Source of the DNA: Octopus vulgaris
Taxonomy: Eukaryota
NCBI GenBank assembly: GCA_951406725.2
Contig: OX597833.1
Span: 65,968,001-66,032,000, forward strand
DNA length: 64,000 bases
Reading direction: 5' to 3'
In this document: positions 1 through 14,754 of the stretch, piece after piece
Position numbering within the stretch: position 1 is the first letter of the stretch
Layout: each line of letters opens with the position of its first letter
The notes under the pieces: model-generated
Database searches by the model: none
Told to the model about the DNA's origin: nothing
What the model saw: only the letters and a program-made list of their open reading frames with translations
Program-made: the position numbers and the translations under genes

Positions 1-429
1 ACAGCCAATCCTACGCCTATATATATATATATATAAATTGAATTAATTATATAAGTTTAACTAATTTGTGTGTATATATTTGAACCATTCTTCTATTTTT
101 AATTCTTGTAGTTATAGTTTATAGTAGTATTATGTATATAAGTTAGCATAATGTTTTTTAATATATATTACATAATTAGAATAAGATTAAGCCTAGACGT
201 TTTTTAAATAAATACTTAAATGAAATAATTTAATGGATACTGATTAAATTATAGCAATTTAGCTTCACTTAATGTGTATTATGAATTTTAAATATTTTGT
301 TTTAATTACTCTTACTTTAATTTCTCAGTAATGATATACTGTAGTTTGTTATTGTCCTCTATAAGCTAAAATATATTTTAATAGATAAAATAAATATTTC
401 TATCTATTTATTTTATTTTTATTTACACC

Positions 430-890
430 ACGTTTTTAACGAGATAAATTTATTACAAACACTAAGTCCTACGTGTTAAGTTTAATGATTTAGTTAACAG
501 AATATATTCAATAAGATAAGTCATGTATTTATTTTTACATATATTGTTGAATTTTGTTCGATTTTTTATTGTAAAATTACGTATTTTTATATATATTTAT
601 CTTTTCTGATAAGACAATATATGTACATTTATTTAATTATTTTATTGTTTTTATCTTAGACCTGAGAAGTGACTACATTTAAATTGAATTGATTTTATTG
701 TTATCGATTTGAAAATACAGCTACGAAACACGTGTAATCTATCTACTAATTATATACTATTTATTTATTATTTAATACTTTATTTAGCTTTAGGTAAACG
801 TTTTATCGTATCTTTAATTTTTTCTACATGTTATGATTTAAGTATATTTTTGTCGAATTGCTTCATTGTGGTTCTTCTTTAATTTATATA
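430..890 (+). mobile_element. Probable highly degraded Penelope-like element 3' region next to (TA)n
   Basis: 441-476 reads EINLLQTLSPTC, resembling the 'L.TL.P.GLN' C-terminus of PLE GIY-YIG proteins. 661-737 has hammerhead-like CCTGAGAAG...CGAAAC-ACGT-GTA. It ends in (TA)n. Weak, inferred. Confidence 0.3.
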
Positions 891-894
891 CTTG

Positions 895-955
<61 letters not shown>

Positions 956-1027
956 AAGAAACAATCACTGTATTATTGATATATATATATACACATACAT
1001 ATATATATATCTGTAGATATATATATA

Positions 1028-1279
1028 TTCTTTTATTCTTTTATTTGTTTCAGTCATTTGACAGCGGCCATGCTGGAGCACCGCCTTTAGTCGAATTCGA
1101 CCCAAAGATTTATTATTTGTGAGCTTAGTACTACTTATTCTATCGGTCTGTTTGGCCGAACCGCTAAGTTATGGGGACGGAAACACACCAACATCGGTTG
1201 TCAAATGATGGTGGGGGAGAGGGACACACAAACAAACACACACACACATACACACATACACACACACACACACACACAC

Positions 1280-1320
<41 letters not shown>

Positions 1321-1345
1321 ACGGGAGCTTCTTTCACTTTCCGTC
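1028..1345 (-). mobile_element. tRNA-derived SINE family A, 5'-truncated
   Basis: Matches the reverse complement of the full-length copies at 31873 and 49912 (gcggccatgctggagcaccgcc ... gccgaaccgctaag ... cttctttca). Confidence 0.9.
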
Positions 1346-1504
1346 CATAAATTATATGTAAATAATGTGCATAATTCCTCATCTCTTAAATATAGAACTG
1401 TATTATGAAAATTGTTCAAACTGAAGTCCTTCTTGAGCGACACATTTTTGCTTTCGAGTCAATTCAGAATTACTGTCGGTTGACTTTTCGCCAGTCCTGT
1501 AGAT

Positions 1505-1585
<81 letters not shown>

Positions 1586-1632
1586 CATATATATATATAT
1601 ACATGTACATATATATATACATATATATATAC

Positions 1633-1709
<77 letters not shown>

Positions 1710-2078
1710 CTCATCAGTCAGTTGCTTTGATTTGATATAACAACGCTTTATTTAATCGTACTTCGTTGGATAAACGGAGTCACGATGGGTTATTATTCAA
1801 ATAGGGGTCATTCCTAACTTTTACCCCGTAGAATTTACTATACAAATAAACAAACTATTGAATTACCGTATATATCTCCCTGGAACTAACCGTCAACGAA
1901 ATATTTTGTGATGCAGATTTATAAATAATTGCATTTAATTATTTTTACCCGAAAATACCGAGTCTTCGATTTGGAGTAGACAATGTAATTTGAATATTCT
2001 TAAGACTGTCTTTGGTTTTACATTCTTAATATTTACCATTTGTGTGTTTAGGTAATGCTGTCTTACCCTTTCTATTCG

Positions 2079-2381
2079 TTACTCTACTCTTTTACTCTTT
2101 TACTTGTTTCAGTCATTTGCTTGTGGCCATGCTGGAGCACCGCCTTTTAGTCGAGCAAATCGACCCCAGCACTTATTCTTTGTAAGCCTAGCAGCCTAGT
2201 ACTTATTCTATCGGTCTCTTTAGCCGAACCGATAAGTTATGGGGACGTAAACACACCAGTATCGGTTTTCAAGCGATGGTGGTGGGACAAACACAGACAC
2301 TCAAACATATACACATACAAACATATACACACTTATACGACATACGTCTTTCAGTTTCTGTCTGCCAGATCCACTCACAAG
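2079..2381 (-). mobile_element. SINE family A, 5'-truncated
   Basis: Same body as other A copies, with the (AAAGAGT)n-type tail read as tactcttttactctt. Confidence 0.9.
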
Positions 2382-2577
2382 TAGTGTTAGGGTCTTAAGT
2401 CCGAGACAAACCACAAGAAAGGGCTGAAAGTAAGTTCAGGAATCCTTGTTTAACTAAACACCAACGTCTGCTGTATCCAAATGATGTTTACAGCTTTTCA
2501 TGTATTCAATGGTGGTTAAAAATATTTGAAAATATTTCTGCAGTACAGTACAACATTCAAACGATGTTGTCAATGTG

Positions 2578-2609
<32 letters not shown>

Positions 2610-3545
2610 TGCACACACACATATATATTTGTGTGTTAATGGTTATATGATATTATATATATAAATAATATATAATATATAACATAGATAGTTATTTCTA
2701 TATCATAATAATGAACGAGTGCAACAATTCGTTACTATTCCTACCTCTTGTCGAAAATCATGTGTGTGTATGCGTGTGTGTGTATGTAGTATGCATGTAT
2801 GTATATTCTTATACATAATTTCTGTATATCTATGTATATTTATGTGTATATGTAAACATTCAAACAATACATATTTACATATAGATGTATACATATATAC
2901 ATGTATATGTAGACATATATATATATATATATGGATATATGTATATATATACACATATATATACATGCATATGCATACAGGCATACGACGCACTTATTTA
3001 TATATGTATGTGTTTGTGTGTATGCGTGTATGTGTTTATAAATCATGCAAACGGCTTCGCTATTCCGTTCGTTCGCCAGTCGAAGGAAAAGACAACACAA
3101 TTAACCTCAAGAAGTTACAGTGTTAATAAAGTTTCTTTCGAGTCGCTTCTATTAATAGTTGTTTCATTTGTATAAAGTCTACGGTTCGTACATGGAAGGG
3201 TTAATGGCGTCTGCGTAGCTAAATATATTATTTCACCGTTGTCCTTTGTTATAATAATGAAGGGAGAAATAAGAGAAGCAAAAAGTGTATCGATTGAGAG
3301 AGAACGACTGTGTGTATGCGACCGAGACAAGCAATTAGTATAACGGGATTTGGTTGGGTAATATTACGTCATTGCTCGGTGTGTGTGTGTGTGTGTGTGA
3401 GTGCGTGAGTGTGTGTGTGAGTGCGTGAGTGGTGTGTGTGTATGTGAGTGTCTGTGTGTAAGCACATATATATATATATATATATATATGTATATGTAAA
3501 TATATATATATTTGTGTTTGTCTTCCGCCAGTTGTCCCATTTTTG

Positions 3546-3598
<53 letters not shown>

Positions 3599-3799
3599 GC
3601 AAAAATGGGACAAGAACGCAAAACATCCAAACAGGTGAAACAAAAAAAAGGAAAGCAAAATATCCAGACAGACGATACAAGGAAAACAAGGACGGTTCAT
3701 TTAGAGTTTTCTATCCTCAGTCGAGTTCCAGATTATCTTTGCAATTTCGGCTGGTTGTACACGATGTGTGTGTGTGTGTGTATTTAGTATATGTATACA

Positions 3800-4347
3800 C
3801 AGCCCCAAAACCTGAACCGCTTCCGCATGAACTGCCGGTAAAAGCTGTTGAAAAGCACCTGACAAGACAAGTTCCCAAAAATGGGGGTTTTATGTAGAGC
3901 CAATCTGCCGAGCACTTCCACACCGGCGAAGAGAGCGCAAGTCAGGTGGGTAGGCTACTTTGCTCCAATGCCTGACACATGAATCGTTAAGAGACGATTT
4001 CACAGCTAACTGGCGGAAGACAAACACATTCAAAGTGCACTGAAGAAGCGCTTTAAGGGCACACCGGAGAACTTTGAGATCACATGGGAAACGCAAGCAC
4101 AAGACCACCCAGTTTGGTGAAGCTGCACCCACGACGATGATTCAGGATGGCAGGGACGCAAAGAAAACGCAAACTGTGCAATTCCGGAGCCAACGCTTTG
4201 CCGTCAGTCGTGGCTGACCAGCAGTGCCCCTCTGCGGCAGTTCCTTCCGAGCACGCATCGGACTGATCGACCACGGCCGGACGCACAGTGCATCGTCTTC
4301 TTTTCTTGTGTAATATCCTTGATCATCATCGACGACGACGGAAGAAC
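3800..4347 (+). mobile_element. RTE/BovB-type LINE 3' fragment (pseudogenised ORF C-terminus with C2H2 finger)
   Basis: Manual translation: AQNLNRFRMNCR*KLLKST*QDKFPKMGVLCRANLPS...QVRWVGYFAPMPDT*IVKRRF...KKRFKGT...WETQAQDHPVW, then PLCGSSFRARIGLIDHGRTH (first Cys of the finger frameshifted). These match the RTE motifs LRWAGH.RM.D.R and C..C...F....GL..H...H. Multiple stops. Confidence 0.85.
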
Positions 4348-4689
4348 TAATAACAATAATACGCAGAGATAGATGCGTGAATGTGTTTATATGTGTGAGT
4401 GTGTATACGCATACAGATACATGTATATATGTATATATTATGTGATATGTGCTTTTGTAGATATATATATTCGTGTGCGTGTATGTGCGTACGTGTATGT
4501 CTGAGATAAGTGATAGACTCTCTTGTCGTTGATGACATCTGCGCAGACGGTTTGTTTACATTGATCGAATGTTCGTGAAATGTTTGTGTAGCAAATTAGC
4601 TCGCCCCCACTCCCTCCATTTAATCAACATGGTCTGTCTGTACAGATACACGATGTGCCAAACATCAGATGTAGAAATGATCGCAAAAA

Positions 4690-4795
4690 TGATATGTTTT
4701 ACTCAGGAACACAACACACCGCTCAGTCTGGGAATCGAAATGACGATCTCACGATTGTAACTACGACTGCCTAACTACTACTCCAGGCACCCTCA
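4690..4795 (-). mobile_element. Degraded SINE head (family D type)
   Basis: ctcaggaacacaacacaccgctcagtctgggaatcgaa resembles the reverse of the tRNA-like head plus gtgtccttgagcaag of 9255-9365. Confidence 0.55.
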
Positions 4796-4811
4796 TTACA
4801 AATATATACAT

Positions 4812-5306
<495 letters not shown>

Positions 5307-5319
5307 TATATATATATAT

Positions 5320-5500
5320 AGGGAGAGTTTACGAAAATAACAAAAGACGAAGACAGGTAGTGTACAAAACAAACAGATGTATTAGTATAACGCTCAGGAA
5401 TAGAAAAAGTCATTGACGTTTCGAGCCTACGCTCGTCTACAGAAAGGGACGCAGAATAAACAAGGAGAGAAAAAATTTTTGTAGTGGCTAACGATCTATA
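5320..5500 (-). mobile_element. (TA)n-embedded Penelope-like terminal fragment, family P1, with minimal hammerhead-like motif (5410-5447)
   Basis: Near-identical to 19278-19480 and to the reverse complement of 32995-33197. All three are bounded by (TA)n. Confidence 0.7.
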
Positions 5501-6167
5501 TATATAAAAGTGTACACGTGTATATAAAACGAAGTGTGTGTAATAAGGTAGAGCTTAGGTGTTTAAAGGAGTGACCAACTTTACGATTAGCCTCTTAACT
5601 AACTGATCAGCAACATTTAAATTACTTCAGTATTCGAAAAAAATTTTATAGAAGAACCGAGAGCTGAATAGCATTATGAAACAACGAGCATCTGGCATCT
5701 TTACAGAGTAGCCATTATCTCACAGACCTTGGCCTCCTCACCGTTATATTATTCTCCACTACCTACATTTATTACGATTTCTACAGACAAAAGAGACGCA
5801 GAACTTGGTTTTCTTACTTTCTTTTCTTTATTCTCGTTCCACTTTTTGCATCAATATTCTTCACGTTTTATTTCCCGCTTTTTTTTTTCCCCATGATTTC
5901 TCGTAGACCAGCGTCCTAGTTTTCAAATAAGTCTAACGTTTTGCGCTGAAGCTGAAAGTTTGCTTGGAGTTACATGGTATGTTATATAAATCTGCCAAAT
6001 TATTGTATTTCTACAGCATGAAACTAGTAGGAGCTCTTCGTTAAATCCTGCGTGTATTAAATGATTGTTATCTCACACACATACATAATAATAATATATG
6101 TAATTAAGAGGGAAATGAAGCCGAAGAGGAGGATAGAAAGAGGAAGGAGTAGGAGGTGGAGGAGGAG

Positions 6168-6250
6168 ATGATGAAGAAGAAGACGACGACGACGACGACG
6201 ACGACGACGAAGAAGAAGAAGAAGAAGAAGAAGAAGAAGAAGAAGAAGAA

Positions 6251-6289
<39 letters not shown>

Positions 6290-6541
6290 GAAGAAGAAGA
6301 AGAAGATGATGATGATGATGATGATGATGAAGAAGAAGATGATGATGATGATGATGATGATGAAGAAGAAGAAGAAGAAGAAGAAGAAGGAGAAGGTTGA
6401 GGAGAAGAAGAAGAAGAAGAAGAAGAAGAAGAAGAAGAAGGAGAAGGAGGAGAAGAAGAAAAAGAAGAAGAAGAAGAAGAAGAAGAAGAAGAAGAAGAAG
6501 AAGAAGAAGAAGAAGAAGAAGAAGAAGAAGAAGAAGAAGAG
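6168..6541. repeat. Compound (GAA)n/(GAT)n/(GAC)n microsatellite
   Basis: Direct reading. Confidence 0.97.
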
Positions 6542-6846
6542 TTATTGTTTTGACAATATCATATATAAGATGTATATATGACGATATCGATTGTCGCTTA
6601 TAAAAAATATATGTATCTTGTATGAGAAGTAAATGAAGAGATATACATATTTGTGTGTATATGTATAGTATATATACATATATTTACATATATATACATA
6701 TATGTATGTATATCTTTATGGCTATGTGCATATATTTTTGTTTATACCTATATATTTGTGAATATATATACATACATATATATATACATACATATATATA
6801 TGTATATATATATATTTGTTTATACATATGTGAGTGTATGTATGTG

Positions 6847-6878
<32 letters not shown>

Positions 6879-6927
6879 CATATATATATGTATATATATA
6901 TATTTGTTTATACATATGTGAGTGTAT

Positions 6928-7031
<104 letters not shown>

Positions 7032-7390
7032 ATATATATATTTAATACATAAAAAATTAATTCTGTAGTTATCAAGCGTTGATTGATTAACTTTTTCATA
7101 ATAAATTATAATTATTCAATTGGCTAATTTTCATTATTCTATACCATTAAACTTGGGCATCGTATTTATTATTCCGAGATGAGATGGAAAAGAAAGCTAA
7201 AAAAGAAAAACAAACAACAAAATATCAACAACAACAACAACAACAACAACCGCTACCCAAAAAAACAGCAACAACGAAATATTTAAATAGATAAGGAGAT
7301 ATCTTAAAGATAAAACATAATTACAGAAATCTTTCATAAAAAGATAAGTAATAAAATACACTAGCAAACATATAAGTAAACACACACACA

Positions 7391-7505
<115 letters not shown>

Positions 7506-8641
7506 ATGTATATATAAATATATAAATAAATATATATATATATATATACATATATTGACGTTAGATATTATAATATCAGAGATACCAAAATTCGCATAGC
7601 AAAATATATAAGACAATGCTAGAATAACTGGCTAATATAACATTTACTTTTAATTTAAAACCAGCATCAAAAGAGAAAGAAAAATTTTCCTCGTTACTTT
7701 AGAAGCTGGCAGAATTTTCCTATGAAAAGATCAAAGGATTAATTCAAAAGGAAGATTAGGATTATGGTAAATAAAAGAAACATTTAAACAAAAAAATAAG
7801 CTTTTTGAAAGATTTTCTGTTTATCTGACGTCGAATGACAAACGTTGCATAAGTCCGTTGGTAGACTGAAAGTTATGTTGCATTACAAGGACAAACACAG
7901 AGAACAAACAAGCAACGAAAAGAGAAAGCTATTTAACGTAGAGTATATTTATGTCTGTATAATACGTTTATATATATATATTTTTTTTTTGTGTGTGTTT
8001 TGTGAGTATGTGCGTCTGTGTGTATGTGTTAGAGTGCCATCGCCGCATCAGGATTACATGTTGATGTCAAGGAATTTCGATGCAGCGAAAAATAAGCAAA
8101 ATGTTCAGATCATTTTGGAGAGATGAAAACAATGGTGACTGTGTGTCGTACGCCATACAGCTTTGTGAGACGTTCAGTGAGAACATATTGAGTATTTTGT
8201 CGGTGTACACAAAAACAATAAAGTGCCTAGCAACGATCTTCACACCTTGTATTTATGAACATAAACACAGACAGACGTGAACATCTCTGTATATATATTC
8301 ATACATTTTATAAAGGAGGGAATTTTCGATCGCAGAAAAATAGCTGTGGAAAGAGCTTAGAGAATCGATTTAAATACTCTTATCGATGGACAAAAAGTGA
8401 TCGATTGTCAAAAGTTGTCTGGCTCAACGGTACAGAACGTTCAGCCGGAATTTGAGCGATGCATATTTCGATTCTCTCTAGCGTCTTACTGGTCGCTTTT
8501 TTCCGTCCATAAGGATACTCTACACGATCCTTTAAGCTGCTTTCACAGCTCAACCATTCGATCAAACATTTTAACTCGCCTAAAGTTCGCTTGTAAACTA
8601 AACGCCGCTTAGCGCTGATACTGGTGTTTATAATATGTGTG

Positions 8642-8810
8642 CGCGATAATATTTTTTTCATGTATTTACACCAAAAACTTAATTACGTAAAGCGAGGAAA
8701 TTAATCTTAGATGATTGATGAGATCCTGTTTGGCCCGGAATATTATTTTCGAAATTAAACTTTTTTTCCCCGCGTTATTTCGTTTTAAATTTATATATAT
8801 ATACATACAT

Positions 8811-8871
<61 letters not shown>

Positions 8872-9027
8872 ATATATATTTCCTCAAAACCTCAGTATAC
8901 AACGGGGGATGGTCTTCTCCAAACATGAGACATTTTCTTTTATCCCGAGGCAAGCAAACTAAGTCCTCTTTTAAATTTGTTTCTACTCACTAAATGCTGA
9001 CCTACGCATTGTGCAGATATTATTGTT

Positions 9028-9058
<31 letters not shown>

Positions 9059-10193
9059 ATACAATTTCTCCAACAAGCTCAGTACGCAACAGAGGATCCT
9101 TCTAGAAACAGCAGGCATTTTCTTTTATTTCAAGGTAAACCAAATAAATCCTATTTTAATTTGTTTTTTCTACTCACTTGATGCTCACCTACACAATCAC
9201 TGGGTGTTAAAGACATTGTGATACCATTTATATATACATGATTATATAAATATAGGGGGCGTGGCTTAGTGAGGGCGCGTGGCTTAGTGGGTAGGGCATT
9301 CGGCTCATGATCGTAAGGTTGTGAGTTCGATTCCCGGCGACGCGTTGTGTCCTTGAGCAAGACACTTCATTTCACATTGCTCCAGTCCACTCAGCTGGCA
9401 AACATGAGTAGTACCTATATTTCAAAGGGCCATCCTTGTCACACCCTGTGTCACACTGAATCTCCCTAAGAACTACGTTAAGGGTACACGTGTCTGTGGA
9501 GTGCTCAGCCACTTGCACGTTAATTTCACGAGTAAGCTGTTCTGTTGATCGTATCAGCTGGGACCTTCGTCGTCGTAACCGACGGAGTGCTCCTTTAATA
9601 TAAATATACATTAGGTTTTTTAAAACATTGATATAGTAGTCTGTAGATTTACATAATCATAAATCATACTTTATTGGTATTATTTTAATTTAAGGAATAA
9701 GTTGGCTTCACTTGCACCGCTGCGTCGAAAAAAGTTTATCCCACCACGTCTAGGGAAATTCTACCTTTTTTTCATTTACAAGATCGACTAAATAAATACC
9801 AAAGGAGGTATTTTGAACGTTATGATCAACTAGAAATTTTCATTGTAATACCGAAATATAACTATCGCAATCCTAATTATGGAACCAGTCAAAGAAAATA
9901 TTGTAGAATTTTCAAGATAGGTGTCTAGAGACAGTAGAACACACATATTTCTAACATATAGCTATAGACACACGAATAGAGTTGTTGGCCATTTTTTATT
10001 GAGTTTGGAAAAAAGAGTTTCTAGAAAAATCCTGAGAATTAAATTGAAAAGGAAATAACGCAGGGAAAAAAGTTTAATTTCGAAAATAATATTCCGGGCC
10101 AAACAGGATCTCATCAATCATCTAAGATTAATTTCCTTGCCTTACGTAATTAAGTTTTCGGTGTAAATACATGAAAAAAAATATATTATCGCG
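8642..10193. repeat. ~150-bp inverted repeat pair (8642-8793 / 10041-10193); possible long-TIR (foldback) element
   Basis: cgcgataat...gatcctgtttggcccggaatattattttcgaaattaaac... is the reverse complement of ...gtttaatttcgaaaataatattccgggccaaacaggatc...attatcgcg. No TSD seen. Confidence 0.9.
9255..9593 (+). mobile_element. Full-length SINE: family D head (tRNA-like + CORE-like) with family B tail
   Basis: A-box tggcttagtgg, B-box gagttcgattccc, CORE-like gtgtccttgagcaagacact. The tail gaactacgttaagggtacacgtgtctgtggagtgctc...ccgacggagtgc is shared with 45973 and 50896. 11-bp TSD atataaatata (9244-9254 / 9598-9608). Confidence 0.9.
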
Positions 10194-10337
10194 AAATTAA
10201 CTGTCAACTTTCTCTGTGTTCTCTTTATCTCTATATTTTGGTTCAACCACGCGAAATTCTTCAACCTTCACCTAAATCTTTACTGCATGATACGAGACAC
10301 ATTAAAAGTTTCCCAATAAAGTACAAGCGCTTTATGA

Positions 10338-10376
<39 letters not shown>

Positions 10377-10423
10377 TGTATGTATGTATGCATGCATGTA
10401 TGTATGTATAGATAGATAGATAT

Positions 10424-10502
<79 letters not shown>

Positions 10503-10969
10503 CAAATCCTATACATGATAAATTATATATATATATATATATATGTCCATGCGAGTTTGTGTTTGTATGTGTGTGTGTATGTGTCTGTCTGTCTGTCTGT
10601 GTTTATGTGTGCATATTATGTTATGTTATCGATAACACCTAGAAAAAGGTGCTTCTTTTCAACTCACCAAAGTGAATAGAGCTATGACCAGGAGGAACTT
10701 ATGTCATGAGACGGTATCCAACGATCACGGGTGTTTCCACCCTGGACCGTAACATCCTCTTGTTGATGCGTCATCAGAGGTGACCAAATCACTGCTCCTC
10801 ATCTCCTCCTATCTTCCCGCTTAACTCGTCTCTCTTGCTCCATAACCAGCAAGATCCTCTTTCTGCTACCTCTACAATTTTGAGCACAGCGACCCTTCAG
10901 TCTTTTCCTCTCATTTCAATGGCCATAAATATCCTCCATACCGATGGGGCGGTATCATTTATTACACAC

Positions 10970-11090
10970 GAGGAGTTCAAGTTTTGACGAGGTCAACTTA
11001 TGGGGCCGGTAAGTACTAAGATCGATATAATCGACTAGCACCCTTCTCCCCACTAATTTCAGATGGTGTGCCTATAGTAGAATGGATTAT
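10970..11090 (+). mobile_element. Old, deleted SINE family C fragment
   Basis: gagttcaa...gaggtcaactt...tcgatataatcgact...cctatagtagaa parallels the family C body and terminal tail. Confidence 0.55.
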
Positions 11091-11683
11091 GCACAGGATG
11101 TTAACACGAGATACCGTAGGTTTCATGCTTCTGATAATACAAGATCGTTCGACAATTGTCTTATCAGAAGCTCGTGTATAAATCTTACGTATTTTAAATG
11201 ATATTTCTATACAAGAACGGAAAGTATATTTATATACATGCACGGACACACACATATACATGCGTGCACACAGAGACACACGGATACATATGTACACACA
11301 CAAACACACTCACATACATATGCCCTTGCATTTACACATATCAATACGCATCCTCCCACATCGCATATCTTACACCATAGAACATTGGCATTACCTCCCT
11401 TTCGCCCTCCATGTCCTCCATCGATATCATTGTCCCACTTATTTTCCATTCCAAGCATTGCAGTCAAGTAATATCATTATACTCTGTCCTGTCTCTCCTC
11501 TCCCTCTCCCTCCCTCTCTCGCTCTCTATCATTCTCTCTCTTCCTCTCTCTTTCGTTAATATTCCAATAAAATGTACCACATATATTGAATTCCAATTTT
11601 ATTTTCGTTTATAAATACAGAAATATATATATATATATATGTGTGTATGTATATGTATATATATATATATATATATTGTGTAT

Positions 11684-11716
<33 letters not shown>

Positions 11717-11998
11717 CACACAAACACACACATATATATATATGTGTATATAGCAATATATCTATGTGTGTATGTCTGTTGATATGTGTATTTATCTGTA
11801 CATGCGCGTGTATACATATGTGTTTATATCCGAATATATGTGTATGTGTATGTTTATGCATACAGGTGTGCATATACAGGTATATATGTATGTATGTATG
11901 TATGTTGTATACAGATATATATGTATATATATATATATGTGTGTGTGTGTATGTATTTATTTATATGTATGTATATGTATGTATCTGTAGATACATAG

Positions 11999-12079
<81 letters not shown>

Positions 12080-12299
12080 TACATACATATATGCATATGT
12101 ATATGAATACAAGTTTTAACAGCCGTAGATGTATATACATCTAAAGCATATACCCACGCATATATATTACAACAAATAGGCTCATACAATATTATTTGTA
12201 TCTCCAGACACCAATAAAAGAAACACACTTACATTTATATATATATATTATATATATATATATATATGTATATATGTGTATATGTATGTATATGAATAT

Positions 12300-12401
<102 letters not shown>

Positions 12402-12431
12402 ATATATATGTATATTATTTATATATACATA

Positions 12432-12570
12432 TGTACATATGGATTTACATAGATACCTTAAAAGACACGCTCTCCCACACAGAAATATAATCTAATATAT
12501 ATATAGATATAGATATATATATGTGTGTGTTTGTGTGTGTATATATATATATATATACATATACATACAT

Positions 12571-12607
<37 letters not shown>

Positions 12608-12790
12608 ATGTATGTATGTATGTTTGTATGTATATATATATATATATTATATATATACATGTGTACATATGTATTTTCGATACCTTAAGAGACACACACT
12701 CCCACACACATACTTACATATATATAGATATGTATACATACATACACACATGCATACATACATACATACATATAAATGCACACATGCATG

Positions 12791-12822
<32 letters not shown>

Positions 12823-12870
12823 GGAGGGAGAGATCTACAAATGTATATATTCATAAACACACACATACAC

Positions 12871-12913
<43 letters not shown>

Positions 12914-12967
12914 TATATATGTACATACGTATTTACATAGATACCATAAGAGACACGCACTCCCACC
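12432..12967 (+). repeat. Three copies of a ~48-bp motif spaced by microsatellite (period ~230-260 bp)
   Basis: tgtacataYgKattt...gatacc(t/a)taa(a/g)agacac.c.ctcccac at ~12432, ~12662 and ~12920. Confidence 0.8.
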
Positions 12968-13457
12968 CACCCCCCAAACACATACACATATATATATATA
13001 TATATATATGTGTTCATGTATATATGTATATACATGTGTGTTTGTTTGTATGTGTGTACATACTTTTGTGTACATATTGAATATTGCTTTAAATTTTAAA
13101 TTATATACTAATGGAATCACAGAATACTCTGGAGGCAAAACGTTACGAGTAGACGCGATTCTTTGTTCTTCATTCAAAATACCAATTCTTCTACCAATAA
13201 ATTATCATCGAACATCTTAACTACTAATTAACCATATTTTTTTACTTTTTTAATTGTTCTTCTGCTGTTGTCACAGTTTTAAATAACAATTATGTTGTTT
13301 CAACGATTTGATGCAAAAATTACGCTCGCACACACACGTACACACTCATACATATATGCATGTTCTCACACACATACACACAGGCATGCATACATACACA
13401 TATAAAGCCATACATATATGCACGTACACACACACACACACACACCTTTCTAGCTTA

Positions 13458-14062
13458 CTTATCGGTGTATTCGATATCACTTATTAATGTACAACGACTC
13501 TGTCTTGTTGTTGTTATGGTTGTGGTTGTTGTTACTCTTGTTGTGTGTGCACACACACACACACACACACTCACACATATACGAACGCACACACACACAG
13601 ACACACAGACACACACAACACATACACATACACACAAATACACACAAACACACACATTTGTACAACACACACACATACACAATCGCACACATACACACAC
13701 AAATAGAGATACATACATACAAACACACACACAAACATACACACACAGCACACATACACACAAACACACATACACACATAACGCACACAGAACAAACACA
13801 CACATATACACAACGCACACGCACATACACAAACGCACACATACACACACACACACACACACACTCAAACACACGCATAAACACACACACATACACACAC
13901 AATATACACAAACACACAAACACACATACACACATAACACACACACAACCACACACATACACACACAACAAACACACAAGACACACACACACACATCTTT
14001 CTTATCGGAGTATTCGATATTGCTTATTACTGTACAACGACTCTCTGTCTTGTTGTTGTTAT
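13458..14062 (+). repeat. ~60-bp direct repeat (13458-13517 / 14001-14062) around a degenerate (CA)n tract
   Basis: cttatcgg(t/a)gtattcgatat..cttatta.tgtacaacgactc(tc)tgtcttgttgttgttat occurs twice. Confidence 0.85.
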
Positions 14063-14064
14063 TC

Positions 14065-14114
<50 letters not shown>

Positions 14115-14361
14115 GCTGTTGCTGTTGTTGTTCTTGTTGCTGTTGTTGTTTTCGTCGTTCTTTCCTTGTTTAGAAGACATTCCAGTCATGACTCTCACCC
14201 ATTTGTCTCATCTGCACGCGTACCTAGATCCTCAATAATAACGAGCTCTTTCTTTTTTGAAAGATGATAAAGATTTGAAGAATATTTAGCTGCTATTGCC
14301 AGCAGATCGAGCAACGATGATTTAGAATCTAAACCATGTTTACGCAAACTCTTTCGTGAGT

Positions 14362-14520
14362 CGGACTGCGGCCCTTGAGGGACCATCTTTAAGGGTTTAG
14401 CCACAGAAATCGATCCCAGTATATATTTTTTAAGCCTGATACTTACTCTATCGGTCTCTTACCGAAACGTTGGCTTATGTAGACGTAAACAAACCAGCAT
14501 CGGTTTACAAACGGCGTGTG
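14362..14520 (-). mobile_element. Degraded SINE family A tail fragment
   Basis: gactgcggcc...aaatcgatcccag...tacttactctatcggtctctt...gacgtaaac..accagcatcggtt. Confidence 0.7.
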
Positions 14521-14553
14521 GAAACACACAGAAACAGTCAGTCAAACATTGAT

Positions 14554-14619
<66 letters not shown>

Positions 14620-14754
14620 GTATGTATATGCTTACTTTGTCTATGCTGTCCGTCAATACTAAACGAAATACCAACTCCATATAACGAAGCACTGAATAAC
14701 AGTGGTTAGAAGGAAGAGTTCAATATACAAATAATCTCACAGTAAAAAAATATG

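Noticed and set aside
2385-2555. TG...CA-bounded segment as a possible solo LTR
   Set aside because: No TSD, no second copy, and no PBS or PPT.
10730-10925. Possible CR1/Jockey LINE 3' remnant
   Set aside because: Too degenerate to recover a convincing motif.
12432-12967. CRISPR-like repeat-spacer appearance
   Set aside because: Eukaryotic context, spacers are ~200-bp microsatellites, repeats are degenerate, and there are no cas genes.
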